From a virus (lineage: Duplodnaviria > Caudoviricetes): DNA of 45,145 nt. The notes beneath the pieces were generated by a model. The model did no database searches and was not told the DNA's origin. It saw nothing but the letters and a program-made list of their open reading frames with translations. The stretch is from positions 1 to 45,145 of the IMG/VR virus record IMGVR_UViG_3300042923_001790. One strand, given 5' to 3'. Made by a program: the position numbers and the translations under genes. Positions 34,984-43,830 of the stretch are shown here, one piece after another; position 1 is the stretch's first letter; every line of letters begins with the position of its first letter.

Positions 34984-35353
34984 CGCCATCTTCAGCGCGA
35001 AGCGGCGGACCGAAGTTGCGGCGACCCGCAGGCTGTTCGTTCAGCGCTTTCCGCGCTGCTTCCGCGCCCCCGGCACGGCCAAACTGCCGCTCGCACGAAC
35101 CATCTACCAAGACCTCCGCCAGGCGTTGCCCGAGGTGCGCGGCCGGCTGCTCCGCGACGCGCTGCACGACTACACCACCGGCCGATCCTATCTCCGTGCG
35201 CTGGTCGAAGGCGCTTCGCGCGTTGACCTCGACGGCTGGCCGGTAAGCGTCGTCTCCGAACCCGAAGCTCGCAATGCCCGACGCCAGTTGCGCGACCTCC
35301 TCACCCAATTCGCCCCGAAGGAAAAGAACCATGCTGCGCACCCTGCTGCATGA
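34976..35353 (+). CDS. ProQ/FinO-domain RNA chaperone
   Basis: RFPRCF...PLARTIYQDL...ALHDYTTGRSYLRALVEGASRVDLDG. Confidence 0.85.
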   Translation: MGSAIFSAKRRTEVAATRRLFVQRFPRCFRAPGTAKLPLARTIYQDLRQALPEVRGRLLRDALHDYTTGRSYLRALVEGASRVDLDGWPVSVVSEPEARNARRQLRDLLTQFAPKEKNHAAHPAA

Positions 35354-35432
35354 AGCGGCGGCCTTGGCCGCGCTCGGGCTCTTCGTCGCGGCCGTAGGCC
35401 TCTGGTCCGGCATTCTGACGGGAGCGGTCTGA
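35331..35432 (+). CDS. 33-aa hydrophobic peptide
   Basis: MLRTLLHEAAALAALGLFVAAVGLWSGILTGAV; AAGGA upstream; TGATG coupling to next gene. Confidence 0.55.
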   Translation: MLRTLLHEAAALAALGLFVAAVGLWSGILTGAV

Positions 35433-35632
35433 TGGAATCCGTTGCCCTCGCCGCCGAGGTCGCCAGCGCCAACCGACAGTTCTGGTACGCCCTGACGATG
35501 GGCGCCACGCTCATGTTCCCCTTCGTCGTGCTCGCCTTCGTCCTCGGCCTTCGCTTTGCCGATCAGGACGATTTCCCCGACCCGCACGCCCAACCCTATG
35601 GCGACGATCCCGGACAGGTGCCGCATGGCTGA
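35432..35632 (+). CDS. Small single-TM protein
   Basis: Hydrophobic stretch; coupled to neighbours. Confidence 0.65.
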   Translation: MESVALAAEVASANRQFWYALTMGATLMFPFVVLAFVLGLRFADQDDFPDPHAQPYGDDPGQVPHG

Positions 35633-35831
35633 CATCGTCGACGCCATGGCGATCACGCTCGCCCAATCCTCCGTCGACCTCTCCGACGAAGCGGAGACGG
35701 CCATCCTCCTGCTGGAGGCGGGCTACGACGAGCATGAGATCACAGACGTTCGCCACCTCGCCGTCCGCGAGGCGCGCCACCGCCGGCATGTGAACGCCAT
35801 CTGCGCCGGCATGGAGGTCGCCCATGGGTGA
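35625..35831 (+). CDS. Hypothetical protein (68 aa)
   Basis: ATGGCTGA overlap pattern typical of this operon. Confidence 0.65.
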   Translation: MADIVDAMAITLAQSSVDLSDEAETAILLLEAGYDEHEITDVRHLAVREARHRRHVNAICAGMEVAHG

Positions 35832-36444
35832 CGTGACCTATGTCGCCAAGGGCGCCGAGATCTCCGCTTGCGGCACCTATCGCTACCGCCTCTGGCGCGA
35901 GTGGCGTCTCCATCCCTTGCCGGCGCAGTGGGATATGTGGGCGGAGAACGACGGCACCCCGATCGTCGACGGCGCCGGCGCGCAGCTCGGCGAGCCCAAT
36001 GCCTGCGTCTTCGTCATGCTCAACCCGTCGACAGCCGACGGCGAGGAAGACGACCCGACCATTCGCCGCTGCGTCGGCTTCGCTCGGGAATGGGGCTATG
36101 ACCGCCTCGAAGTTATCAACCTCTTCGCCCACCGCGCCACCGACCCCAAGGCGCTGCTGGCGCTTACGCATGATCAGGACCCGGTTGGCGTCTTCAACCA
36201 GCGGGCCTTCCACCACGTGCTGTTCGGGGGCAACCCGGTCGGCATCATTGTCTGCGCTTGGGGCTCCCACGGCGCCCATCTCGGCCAGGACGAGACGGCC
36301 CTCGGCTGGATTGGCAATCACGAGCGGTTTGCGCTCGGGCTGACCAAGGACGGGCACCCCCGCCACCCCCTCTACGTCAAAGCAGATGCGCCGTTGGTGG
36401 AATTCAGGCCAGCGCGCGGCGCTCGGAGCTATGCCCGTGGCTGA
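35824..36444 (+). CDS. DUF1643-family protein
   Basis: YRYRLWREW...FVMLNPSTAD..DDPTIRRC...NLFAHRATDP...AWG...PRHPLY. Confidence 0.9.
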   Translation: MGDVTYVAKGAEISACGTYRYRLWREWRLHPLPAQWDMWAENDGTPIVDGAGAQLGEPNACVFVMLNPSTADGEEDDPTIRRCVGFAREWGYDRLEVINLFAHRATDPKALLALTHDQDPVGVFNQRAFHHVLFGGNPVGIIVCAWGSHGAHLGQDETALGWIGNHERFALGLTKDGHPRHPLYVKADAPLVEFRPARGARSYARG

Positions 36445-37483
36445 GACCCGCAAGCTCGACGTGCGCCTGCACGACACCCGTGTCGGCATTTGGCAGGACG
36501 ATCCGAACGATCCGACCTTCAAGAGCGAGATCTTCGACGGCCTCGCGCGCCTTTTGCGCAAGCGCGGCTGGACGATCGCCCACGATCCGCACACCCTCAA
36601 GCACTTCCGCTGCATTTCCAAGTACACCCGGCTGGCACGTAAGGGGAACCTGCGCGCATCGCTGCAGGTCCGCGGCCGTGCAATCGAATTCGAGTGCTGG
36701 GCCGAGACCTGGCAGAAGATGAACGTCAACGGGCACCGCTATGACTTCGATAAGCGCCAGCGGCTCGACTATATCGACCGGCTCCGGCTCGATCTCGAAG
36801 AGCGGGCGATGATCGCATGGCTGTCCGATCGCGCCGAGGTGTCGGTTGATCGACACAAGCCGATGCCGAGCACGGGGGCGATCACCGCGCTCGCCTTCAT
36901 CGAGGCCGATTATGCGAGGTCCTGGCACACGGACAAGGCGATCGGTCGCCCGACGTGGGGACAGGATTACAACCGGAAGAGCGCCGATGGCTTCCTGCTG
37001 GAGCATGGCGCCACCGTCTGGACGACCGACGGAAAGGGCCGGATCATCCGCGGCGTCGCGTACTACCACATCAACAACATGTGGTACGTCGTCGCCGGGC
37101 CTCACACGCTCCTCAACCAAGCATGCCATGAGATCTATGCCGAGCAGCCGGAGGCCCTTCGCCGCAAGCGCAATGGGCGGGCGCGTCGAAACCGGCTGGA
37201 GCGCGAGCTCGCGAACGCAGTCTCGACACATGACTATCGCCGCGCCGAGATCCTGAAGCGCGTCATCTTCGGCGATGAGCCGGTCTATCGCATCTGGTCG
37301 CGCAAGAACGGCTGCTTCTATGCGCCTCAGTACTGCGGCTACACGACCGATGAGAACCGCGCCGGGCGCTACACGAGAGCGGAAGCAGAGCGCGAGGTGC
37401 GCCGCGTTCCACATCATCTCCACGCCATAGGGCCGGACGGCCGGCGTGAGGACTTCGGCATGGTGGGGGCAGGCCATGGCTGA
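36437..37483 (+). CDS. Hypothetical phage protein (about 348 aa)
   Basis: Long coupled ORF; NGHRYDFDK, AYYHINNMW, GYTTDENRAGRYTRAEA. Confidence 0.8.
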   Translation: MAETRKLDVRLHDTRVGIWQDDPNDPTFKSEIFDGLARLLRKRGWTIAHDPHTLKHFRCISKYTRLARKGNLRASLQVRGRAIEFECWAETWQKMNVNGHRYDFDKRQRLDYIDRLRLDLEERAMIAWLSDRAEVSVDRHKPMPSTGAITALAFIEADYARSWHTDKAIGRPTWGQDYNRKSADGFLLEHGATVWTTDGKGRIIRGVAYYHINNMWYVVAGPHTLLNQACHEIYAEQPEALRRKRNGRARRNRLERELANAVSTHDYRRAEILKRVIFGDEPVYRIWSRKNGCFYAPQYCGYTTDENRAGRYTRAEAEREVRRVPHHLHAIGPDGRREDFGMVGAGHG

Positions 37484-38663
37484 CCGCTCCGCTATCGAAT
37501 GGACCGACGCGACGTGGAATCCCATCGTCGGCTGCTCACTCGTCTCGCCCGGCTGCACCAACTGCTACGCGATGCGCATCGCCCATCGCTTCAAGGACAT
37601 CTATGCCGGACGGCAATTCGCCGGAGAACCGGCAGAGGACCTCACCCGCGTCGTGAACGAAAAGCCCGTATGGACCGGGCAGCTCGTGCTCGCGCCGGAG
37701 CACATCCTCACCCAGCCGCTGCGCTGGCGCCGTCCGCGCCGGATCTTCGTCAACTCCATGGGAGACCTCTTGCATGAGAGCGTGCCCGACGAGTGGATCG
37801 ACCGCGTCTTCGCCGTCATGGCGCTCACCCCGCAGCACACCTATCAGGTACTGACCAAGCGCTCGGCGCGGATGCGGGCGTATCTCGAAGCCTGCCGCCG
37901 GACGGCCGGGCGCCAGAACGAAATCCGCGCCGCGATCCTCGAAATCGCCGACGGCCGCTGCGCTCAAGACGCAGTCGACGCTTGCCGGCGGGTTTCCGGC
38001 GCCGGAGACCTTTGGCGCCCGCTCCCGAATGTCTGGCTCGGCGTCTCGACCGAGGATCAGCGCCGTGCCGACGAGCGCGTGCCCGACCTGCTCGCCACGC
38101 CGGCGGCGATCCGCTTCGTCTCGGCCGAGCCGCTGCTCGGGCCGATCGATCTCAGCGCATACATGTGGCCCGTCCACGGATGGTGGCGAGGCCCATACAA
38201 TTCATACGTGGAAGCCAAGGCGGCGGGTGCCGAGTGCGGCCTGAAGCGGCAGGCGCTGGTCGGCGCCTGGTGCACGTTCCTCGACTTTGTCATCGTCGGC
38301 GGCGAGAGCGGCCCGCATGCCCGGCCGATGCATCCGGATTGGGCGCGCACCCTGCGCGACCAGTGCGCCGCTGCCGGCACCGCCTTCTTCTTCAAGCAAT
38401 GGGGCGAGTGGCTTCCGATGCCGCAGGGCGGTTTCACCGCATGGCGTGCGGCTTCGCCTCGCCGACCCGGATCCTGGCGCGGCCACGCCGACTTCAACGA
38501 CGGTGATGGCGGGAAGAACACCCACAGCCTAGGTCCCGTGCCATCCTGTCTTGTCCATGCCGTTCCCGGCGATGCCGGCCGAATGGCAGTCAAAATCGGC
38601 AAGAAAGCCGCCGGCCGCCTCCTCGACGGCGTCGAGCACAACGCCATGCCGGAGGTGCGCTGA
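37476..38663 (+). CDS. Gp37/Gp68 (DUF5131) family protein
   Basis: [47 protein letters not shown]. Confidence 0.92.
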   Translation: MADRSAIEWTDATWNPIVGCSLVSPGCTNCYAMRIAHRFKDIYAGRQFAGEPAEDLTRVVNEKPVWTGQLVLAPEHILTQPLRWRRPRRIFVNSMGDLLHESVPDEWIDRVFAVMALTPQHTYQVLTKRSARMRAYLEACRRTAGRQNEIRAAILEIADGRCAQDAVDACRRVSGAGDLWRPLPNVWLGVSTEDQRRADERVPDLLATPAAIRFVSAEPLLGPIDLSAYMWPVHGWWRGPYNSYVEAKAAGAECGLKRQALVGAWCTFLDFVIVGGESGPHARPMHPDWARTLRDQCAAAGTAFFFKQWGEWLPMPQGGFTAWRAASPRRPGSWRGHADFNDGDGGKNTHSLGPVPSCLVHAVPGDAGRMAVKIGKKAAGRLLDGVEHNAMPEVR

Positions 38664-38664
38664 C

Positions 38665-39108
38665 ATGCTCACCTCTCGCCAGCACGAGCTCCTTCGGTTC
38701 ATCGACGGCTACGTCAAGCAGCGCGGATCCGCTCCGAACTTCGGTGAGATGGCCGAAGCGATGCACCTCAGGTCCAAGGCGGGCATCGTTCGGATGCTCG
38801 ACGCGCTCCAGGAGCGGGGCTTCATCCGCCGGCTTCCACAGCGCGCGCGGTCCGTCGAGATCCTTCGGCTCCACGACACGGCCACCACCGCCGCCCTCGA
38901 CGACTTCCACAACCGCCTCCGGATCATGGTCGGCATCGACATGCACGAGCTCGTCGAAGCCGGCGCCATCGCGGCGAACGACCGGAACGCGTGGGAATCC
39001 TTCCGGCTCGATCCCTACCGGTTCTTCATCCGTGCCGATGACGACACCCCCGCGAAGATCTGGTCGGTGATCGAACGGCGCGCGACCAAGCGAGGCTCGC
39101 ATGGTTGA
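38665..39108 (+). CDS. LexA DNA-binding-domain protein with unrelated C-terminus
   Basis: [13 protein letters not shown]...[44 protein letters not shown]. Confidence 0.85.
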   Translation: MLTSRQHELLRFIDGYVKQRGSAPNFGEMAEAMHLRSKAGIVRMLDALQERGFIRRLPQRARSVEILRLHDTATTAALDDFHNRLRIMVGIDMHELVEAGAIAANDRNAWESFRLDPYRFFIRADDDTPAKIWSVIERRATKRGSHG

Positions 39109-39658
39109 GCAGCTTCACTATGGAGACGTGCCCGTCCCCTACACCGTCGCCTGGTCGGGTGAAGAGGGCGGAGCGCACCTCGCGGTCTGCCCCCATGTCC
39201 ACCGCCTCGCGATCAGCCAGCCTGTGGCGCGCGGCGAGGGCAAGCCGGTCTTCGGCAAGCCGCACATGCAGCGGCAGCGCGAGGTCATTGCCGATGACCG
39301 CTGCGACCTCTGCGGCAAGTCGCTGCGCAACCGCACCAAGGTCTCGCTCTCGCACGCCAGGCCGCGGGCTAACGGCGCCACCGGCCTCAACGTCCTTCAG
39401 GTCGAGCCGCTGCTTCACAAGGAATGCGCTGCCGTCAGCGTCCGGCACTGCCCGTCGCTCAAGCGCGACATCCGCGAAGGGACGCTGGCGATCCGGCAGG
39501 TGACGCGCCACCGGACGCAGTTCGCAATGATGTCCCCCGAGTATGTCGAGCAGCAGACCGGGACGGCCGCCAAAGCGGTCGGTCACGCCAAGGTCGAGTT
39601 GCTGGCGTGGCGCGAGCGCGATCTTGCCTGGCTCACCAGCGAGGTGAGCCATGGCTGA
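39101..39658 (+). CDS. Hypothetical phage protein (Cys/His-containing)
   Basis: [10 protein letters not shown]...RQR...CDLCG...EPLLHKECA...CP. Confidence 0.75.
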   Translation: MVEQLHYGDVPVPYTVAWSGEEGGAHLAVCPHVHRLAISQPVARGEGKPVFGKPHMQRQREVIADDRCDLCGKSLRNRTKVSLSHARPRANGATGLNVLQVEPLLHKECAAVSVRHCPSLKRDIREGTLAIRQVTRHRTQFAMMSPEYVEQQTGTAAKAVGHAKVELLAWRERDLAWLTSEVSHG

Positions 39659-39884
39659 TCTGCTTTCCTTCATGGGTGAACACCCGTTCCTAACGTGGTG
39701 TCTTGCTTGGGGTATCTGGCCCGTCTGCACCGTTCTGACGGCACCGTTTCGCTGCGCTCTCGGCGCTTACAGGCTTCGGGTCCGTGCAGCGAACATCGCC
39801 GCGCGCGGCTGGCCGACGATGCCCTTGATGGATGCGGACGGCGACATCGTCCACCCGCCGGTGAAGGAGGAAGCCGGTGGCTGA
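39651..39884 (+). CDS. Small membrane protein
   Basis: Coupled ORF; ANIAARGWP...DADGD. Confidence 0.65.
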   Translation: MADLLSFMGEHPFLTWCLAWGIWPVCTVLTAPFRCALGAYRLRVRAANIAARGWPTMPLMDADGDIVHPPVKEEAGG

Positions 39885-40665
39885 CATTCCCATGCTTTTC
39901 AAGGCGCCCATGGTGCGCGCGCTGCTCGCCGGCACGAAGACGCAGACGCGGCGGGTGATCAAGCCTGCCCCGTTCGTCGACAAGATGGGCAATTTCTGTG
40001 TGCCGGATCGCAGGGGTAGGGTCGGGAATTGGGGCCAGCGTCTCGATGGTCGCCCCTGCACCCGCAACTTTGCGGAGGCTCATATCCGCATCCGGGCAGG
40101 AGACCGTCTCTGGGTGCGGGAAGCGTGGCAAACAGGATCGTCGTCTGACGGCCCGCAGATAGCCTTCCGCGCGACGCCCGATTTCTTCGAGATTGATGCG
40201 TGGGACGGCCCTGATGAAGGTATTGGCCCAAGCTTCAATTATGACCGCTGCCCCAGCGCGCACTTCCATCACTGGCTGCCGGACGTCTTGAACAACGACG
40301 GCCCTTGGCGCCCCAGCATCCACATGCCCCGCTGGACTTCCCGTCTGACGCTGATCGTCACCGACGTCCGCGTGCAGCGCTTGCAGGACATCAGCGAGGA
40401 GGATGCGCGGGCGGAGGGCGCCTATGTGGCGCCCCGCAGCGGTCGCGTGGCCGACGACTACGTCACCATGGCGATCGCCGGATCGTGGTTCGCCTCGGGC
40501 CGCGGCTGGTACGCAAACCTATGGGACCGGATCAACGGCACCGGCTCCTGGGCCGCCAACCCCTGGGTCGCGGCCTACACCTTCACCGTCCACCAGAAGA
40601 ACATCGACGCCCTCCAGATCGAAGAGCGCAAGGCCGGGGGAGAGGGGGTGGCCCATGGCTCGTAA
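39877..40665 (+). CDS. ASCH/PUA-like phage protein
   Basis: MVRALLAGTKTQTRR...GDRLWVRE...WRPSIHMPRW...QRLQDISEEDARAEG...NPWV. Confidence 0.8.
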   Translation: MADIPMLFKAPMVRALLAGTKTQTRRVIKPAPFVDKMGNFCVPDRRGRVGNWGQRLDGRPCTRNFAEAHIRIRAGDRLWVREAWQTGSSSDGPQIAFRATPDFFEIDAWDGPDEGIGPSFNYDRCPSAHFHHWLPDVLNNDGPWRPSIHMPRWTSRLTLIVTDVRVQRLQDISEEDARAEGAYVAPRSGRVADDYVTMAIAGSWFASGRGWYANLWDRINGTGSWAANPWVAAYTFTVHQKNIDALQIEERKAGGEGVAHGS

Positions 40666-40858
40666 CATGTTCAACCGCCCCTGCTACGTGTGCGGCCTCA
40701 TCGTTGATGCCGGCACCGGGCATTTCGAGCGACACAACGGCGGCTGGCGGACGAAGCACGCCGTCTATCCAGGTGATGGCCGCGTCACCTGCGCAATGGC
40801 GGCTCAGCTTCAAGCGTCCACCCGCCTCGCGCTTGCGCAGAAGGATTCCCAGCCATGA
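40655..40858 (+). CDS. Small Zn-binding hypothetical protein
   Basis: MARNMFNRPCYVCG...GHFER...H...C. Confidence 0.65.
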   Translation: MARNMFNRPCYVCGLIVDAGTGHFERHNGGWRTKHAVYPGDGRVTCAMAAQLQASTRLALAQKDSQP

Positions 40859-41772
40859 CCCAGACTGACGCGCATGTCGATCCGGTGCGCCTCGCCGAAC
40901 TTCACAAGGAATACGGCGAGTATCCAGGTCACCTCGAATTGTCTTGGGTCCGCGGGACCGCCACCCTTGGCGAATTCCTCGGCCTCATAGACCGCGCCAT
41001 GCAGGCCGCCACAGCCGGCGGGGCGGTGAAGGTCAAGGACTGGCTCCAAGTTGCAAAATTGGCGGGCGAACACGGTATCCGGTATCGGACCAACAGGGCG
41101 CTTGAGCGCTTCCTGTCCGATATCCTCTCCGCCCTCGAACCCGCCACCGCCACCGCGCAGGAGGGGGCTGACGCCGACGTGACCATGCGCGGCGACGGGG
41201 TTGCCGTCTACCCTGATGGCAGGGAATGGACCCCCACCCCCGCGCCAGAGCCGGGGAGCGTCGAGGGGCTGGTGGAGCGGTTGCGGGGTTTCCACTCGGC
41301 TCGTGCCGCATTTGTCGCCGCGCTCAACCGGTACAACGAACGCTTGGCCTATGAGAAGAAGCTCGGCGAGTTCCCGCCTCGTATGGGCAATCTCTACGAG
41401 GAAATGGAAGACGCCAAGAGCGAATGGCTGAAGGCGGCCCAAGCATTGGCGGATGATGGCAAAGCAAACGAAGCCGCCGACGCCCTCACCACCCTACAGC
41501 AGCAGCTCGCCGCCCTACGCGAGACGCATCGGCTCGATCGTCAAATGATTGATGCTAATCGGCGGCGCGCCGAGAGGGCTGAGCAGGAGGTGGCAGCCAA
41601 GAATGAGCTGATGGCGCAGGCCCTTGAAGCCTTCGAATTTGATGCTCACAGCAATACCGGGTGGACCTTCGATGAAGCCGGCCAGCCGGTTAAGTGGAGG
41701 GATATCGCTTGGGCAGCCAAGCGCCGTATGACGGCCGCCCTCGCGGCCAAGAGCGCGGGAGGCGGGGAATGA
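40855..41772 (+). CDS. Mosaic hypothetical protein (305 aa)
   Basis: Coupled ORF with coiled-coil segments. Confidence 0.7.
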   Translation: MTQTDAHVDPVRLAELHKEYGEYPGHLELSWVRGTATLGEFLGLIDRAMQAATAGGAVKVKDWLQVAKLAGEHGIRYRTNRALERFLSDILSALEPATATAQEGADADVTMRGDGVAVYPDGREWTPTPAPEPGSVEGLVERLRGFHSARAAFVAALNRYNERLAYEKKLGEFPPRMGNLYEEMEDAKSEWLKAAQALADDGKANEAADALTTLQQQLAALRETHRLDRQMIDANRRRAERAEQEVAAKNELMAQALEAFEFDAHSNTGWTFDEAGQPVKWRDIAWAAKRRMTAALAAKSAGGGE

Positions 41773-42329
41773 CCTATGACAGCGAACGTTTCGCTAAGTG
41801 GTCAAATGCGGATATCGCCGCCCAATGTCGGGCACAGGCCCGCGATCAGCTTGACCCTGAATACTCTCTGTTCATGACCGAGGTGGCCAAACGGCTCGCC
41901 GCCTCCCCGCAGCCTCCCGCTCCTGGCGCTGAGGTGGTGGCGCGAGAGACTCTCGGCCCCTACGAGGCGCGGCATTGCGCAGGCGTCCCGGCCAGCGTGT
42001 GTGACTATGGCGTTGTCTCGCTCAGCGCCGGCATTGAAGTGTGCCGCGTCTGGAAGGAGCAGGACGCCCGAGCTATATCCGACCTGTTGAATGCCACCCC
42101 ACCCACCGCAGAGGAGATCGCGCGGCGGGCGAGGGAGGAGACGGCTTCCGGACATGTCGAGATCGCGCACGACGGGTTCGCCGGCGACATCATCGGCCAT
42201 TACGTCACTCGTGAGGGAAAGCGCGGCGTAGTCGTTCAGCAGGACGACACGCGCGTCGTCCATGTCTACGGCGAGAAGTGGCTGGCCGCCCTCGCCAAGC
42301 CGCCGGGAGAGACGGGGGCGGGCGGATGA
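41769..42329 (+). CDS. Mosaic hypothetical protein
   Basis: ATGA overlap; C-terminal GDIIGHYVTREGKRGVVVQ. Confidence 0.7.
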   Translation: MTYDSERFAKWSNADIAAQCRAQARDQLDPEYSLFMTEVAKRLAASPQPPAPGAEVVARETLGPYEARHCAGVPASVCDYGVVSLSAGIEVCRVWKEQDARAISDLLNATPPTAEEIARRAREETASGHVEIAHDGFAGDIIGHYVTREGKRGVVVQQDDTRVVHVYGEKWLAALAKPPGETGAGG

Positions 42330-42571
42330 GCGCATGCTATCAGTTCCGCGTGGATGGACGCGCTGCCGGGAGCCCGGCACGGACGACTTGGGCCGAAGCC
42401 GCTCAGGATGCGGTGAATGCTGGCTACGCAATCTGGCAGGGCCGCAACTCCATCAAGATAGACCTGACGGCCGGCGGGGAGATAGCGCAATGGCGCCGGT
42501 ACCCCGCCACCCGCGCCGCGCTATCCGCGCTTGAGGAGGGCGGCCACGACACGGTGACCTCCGATGCCTGA
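42326..42571 (+). CDS. Hypothetical protein
   Basis: ATGA overlap with upstream gene. Confidence 0.55.
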   Translation: MSACYQFRVDGRAAGSPARTTWAEAAQDAVNAGYAIWQGRNSIKIDLTAGGEIAQWRRYPATRAALSALEEGGHDTVTSDA

Positions 42572-43073
42572 GCCGCAGCGGGTCCGCCTCACTAGGGTGA
42601 ACGGTTGGACGGTCGTGCCGCGCGGAGCCATTCGCGTCGATCGCGCAACGCCGTGGCGGTCGCCCTTCTGGATCGACCAGCCATACATCTTCACCCGCGC
42701 GCGCCTCTCGTTCGATGCAGACACACGCTCGAACCGAATGCTCATGGTCGCCAGGCTGCACTTCGCTTGGTTGATGGGGCTGACCAGGGTCGAGCCGCTG
42801 TGGTGCTTCCTCTCGAAGGAGATGCTCGCCCAGCTGCCAGATCCTCCCACGCTATTGGAGATCGAGCATCACCTCCGCGGCAAGACGCTGGCGGATTGGC
42901 CGGCCCTCGGCCAGCCGTGCATCGGCGATGTGCTGCTCGCCATCGCGAACCGCAGGCGAGACGGCTCGCTGTACCCAACTCCGTCGGACAGCTTCGAGCC
43001 CGACAACAGTTCCCTCTCCCGGGCAAACCGCCGGCGCGATCAGGAATACTCGATCGGAAAGGTGGGATGGTGA
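42564..43073 (+). CDS. DUF4326-like protein
   Basis: PQRVRLTR..GW..P.GAIRVDRATPWRSPF...LRGKTLADW...CIGDVLLAIAN. Confidence 0.75.
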   Translation: MPEPQRVRLTRVNGWTVVPRGAIRVDRATPWRSPFWIDQPYIFTRARLSFDADTRSNRMLMVARLHFAWLMGLTRVEPLWCFLSKEMLAQLPDPPTLLEIEHHLRGKTLADWPALGQPCIGDVLLAIANRRRDGSLYPTPSDSFEPDNSSLSRANRRRDQEYSIGKVGW

Positions 43074-43075
43074 CC

Positions 43076-43561
43076 ATGGCCGCCCGCATCGATTCCGGCA
43101 TCCGCCCCAAGCTGAAGACCGCCCGCCCGAAATCCGGCCGCCGCCCTAAGCCGCCGCGGACCAGGCTCGAGGATCTGGAGCACCTGAAGATCATCCGGCA
43201 GCTGCCATGCCTTGTGAGTGGCAAGGTGCCGGCCGGCGAGGCCGCCCACATCCGCTATGCCAGCGCGATGTACGGCAAGCCGGTCACCGGCATAGGCACG
43301 AAGCCTGACCATAAGTGGTCCGTACCGCTCTGCGCCTGGTTCCACACCATCAGTTCAGAGGCCCAGCATCGCTTCGGCGAAGAATGGTGGTGGGAGCAGC
43401 GGAACATCGATCCGCTGTTCGTTGCCTCGAAGCTCTATGCCGCCTCGGTGACCATGCGCGATGCCGGGATGGCCGAAGCAGAGATCGTCCAGGCTCTCGG
43501 CAAGATCGTATTGGCGGCCCACCACCTGTCGATGCCGCTCGCGGCCGGAGATCAGGGATGA
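43076..43561 (+). CDS. DUF968-like putative HNH-type nuclease
   Basis: HLKIIRQLPCLVSG...EAAHIR...GTKPDHKWSVPLC...H...QH. Confidence 0.75.
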   Translation: MAARIDSGIRPKLKTARPKSGRRPKPPRTRLEDLEHLKIIRQLPCLVSGKVPAGEAAHIRYASAMYGKPVTGIGTKPDHKWSVPLCAWFHTISSEAQHRFGEEWWWEQRNIDPLFVASKLYAASVTMRDAGMAEAEIVQALGKIVLAAHHLSMPLAAGDQG

Positions 43562-43830
43562 TCGGCCGCGCCCCATCCGTCCGGTTCCCTGTCGAGCCGC
43601 GGGACGTCCCACCTGCCAAGGCGGCACGACGTCTCCACCTCACACCGGCGGAATTCGCCGCCAAACTGCCGGAGCTGCAACGCCGTGGATTCCCCGCCGC
43701 GGACCCAACAACGGGGATGTACGACCTCAAGGCCATAGATGGCTGGATGGATCGCCGCTCGGGCTTGACCACGGCCGCCAGCGCACGCGACGCTAGGGAG
43801 GTAGCGCGTGAGCGCATTGCCAACCTGTGA
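43558..43830 (+). CDS. Excisionase-like HTH protein
   Basis: AKAARRLHL...RGFPAADPTTGMYDLKAIDGWMD; directly upstream of the integrase. Confidence 0.7.
   Translation: MIGRAPSVRFPVEPRDVPPAKAARRLHLTPAEFAAKLPELQRRGFPAADPTTGMYDLKAIDGWMDRRSGLTTAASARDAREVARERIANL

Noticed and set aside
42605-43075. N-terminal extension of the 318-aa ORF 42605-43561
   Set aside because: Overlaps the DUF4326-like gene in another frame; the recognisable domain starts near ATG 43076.
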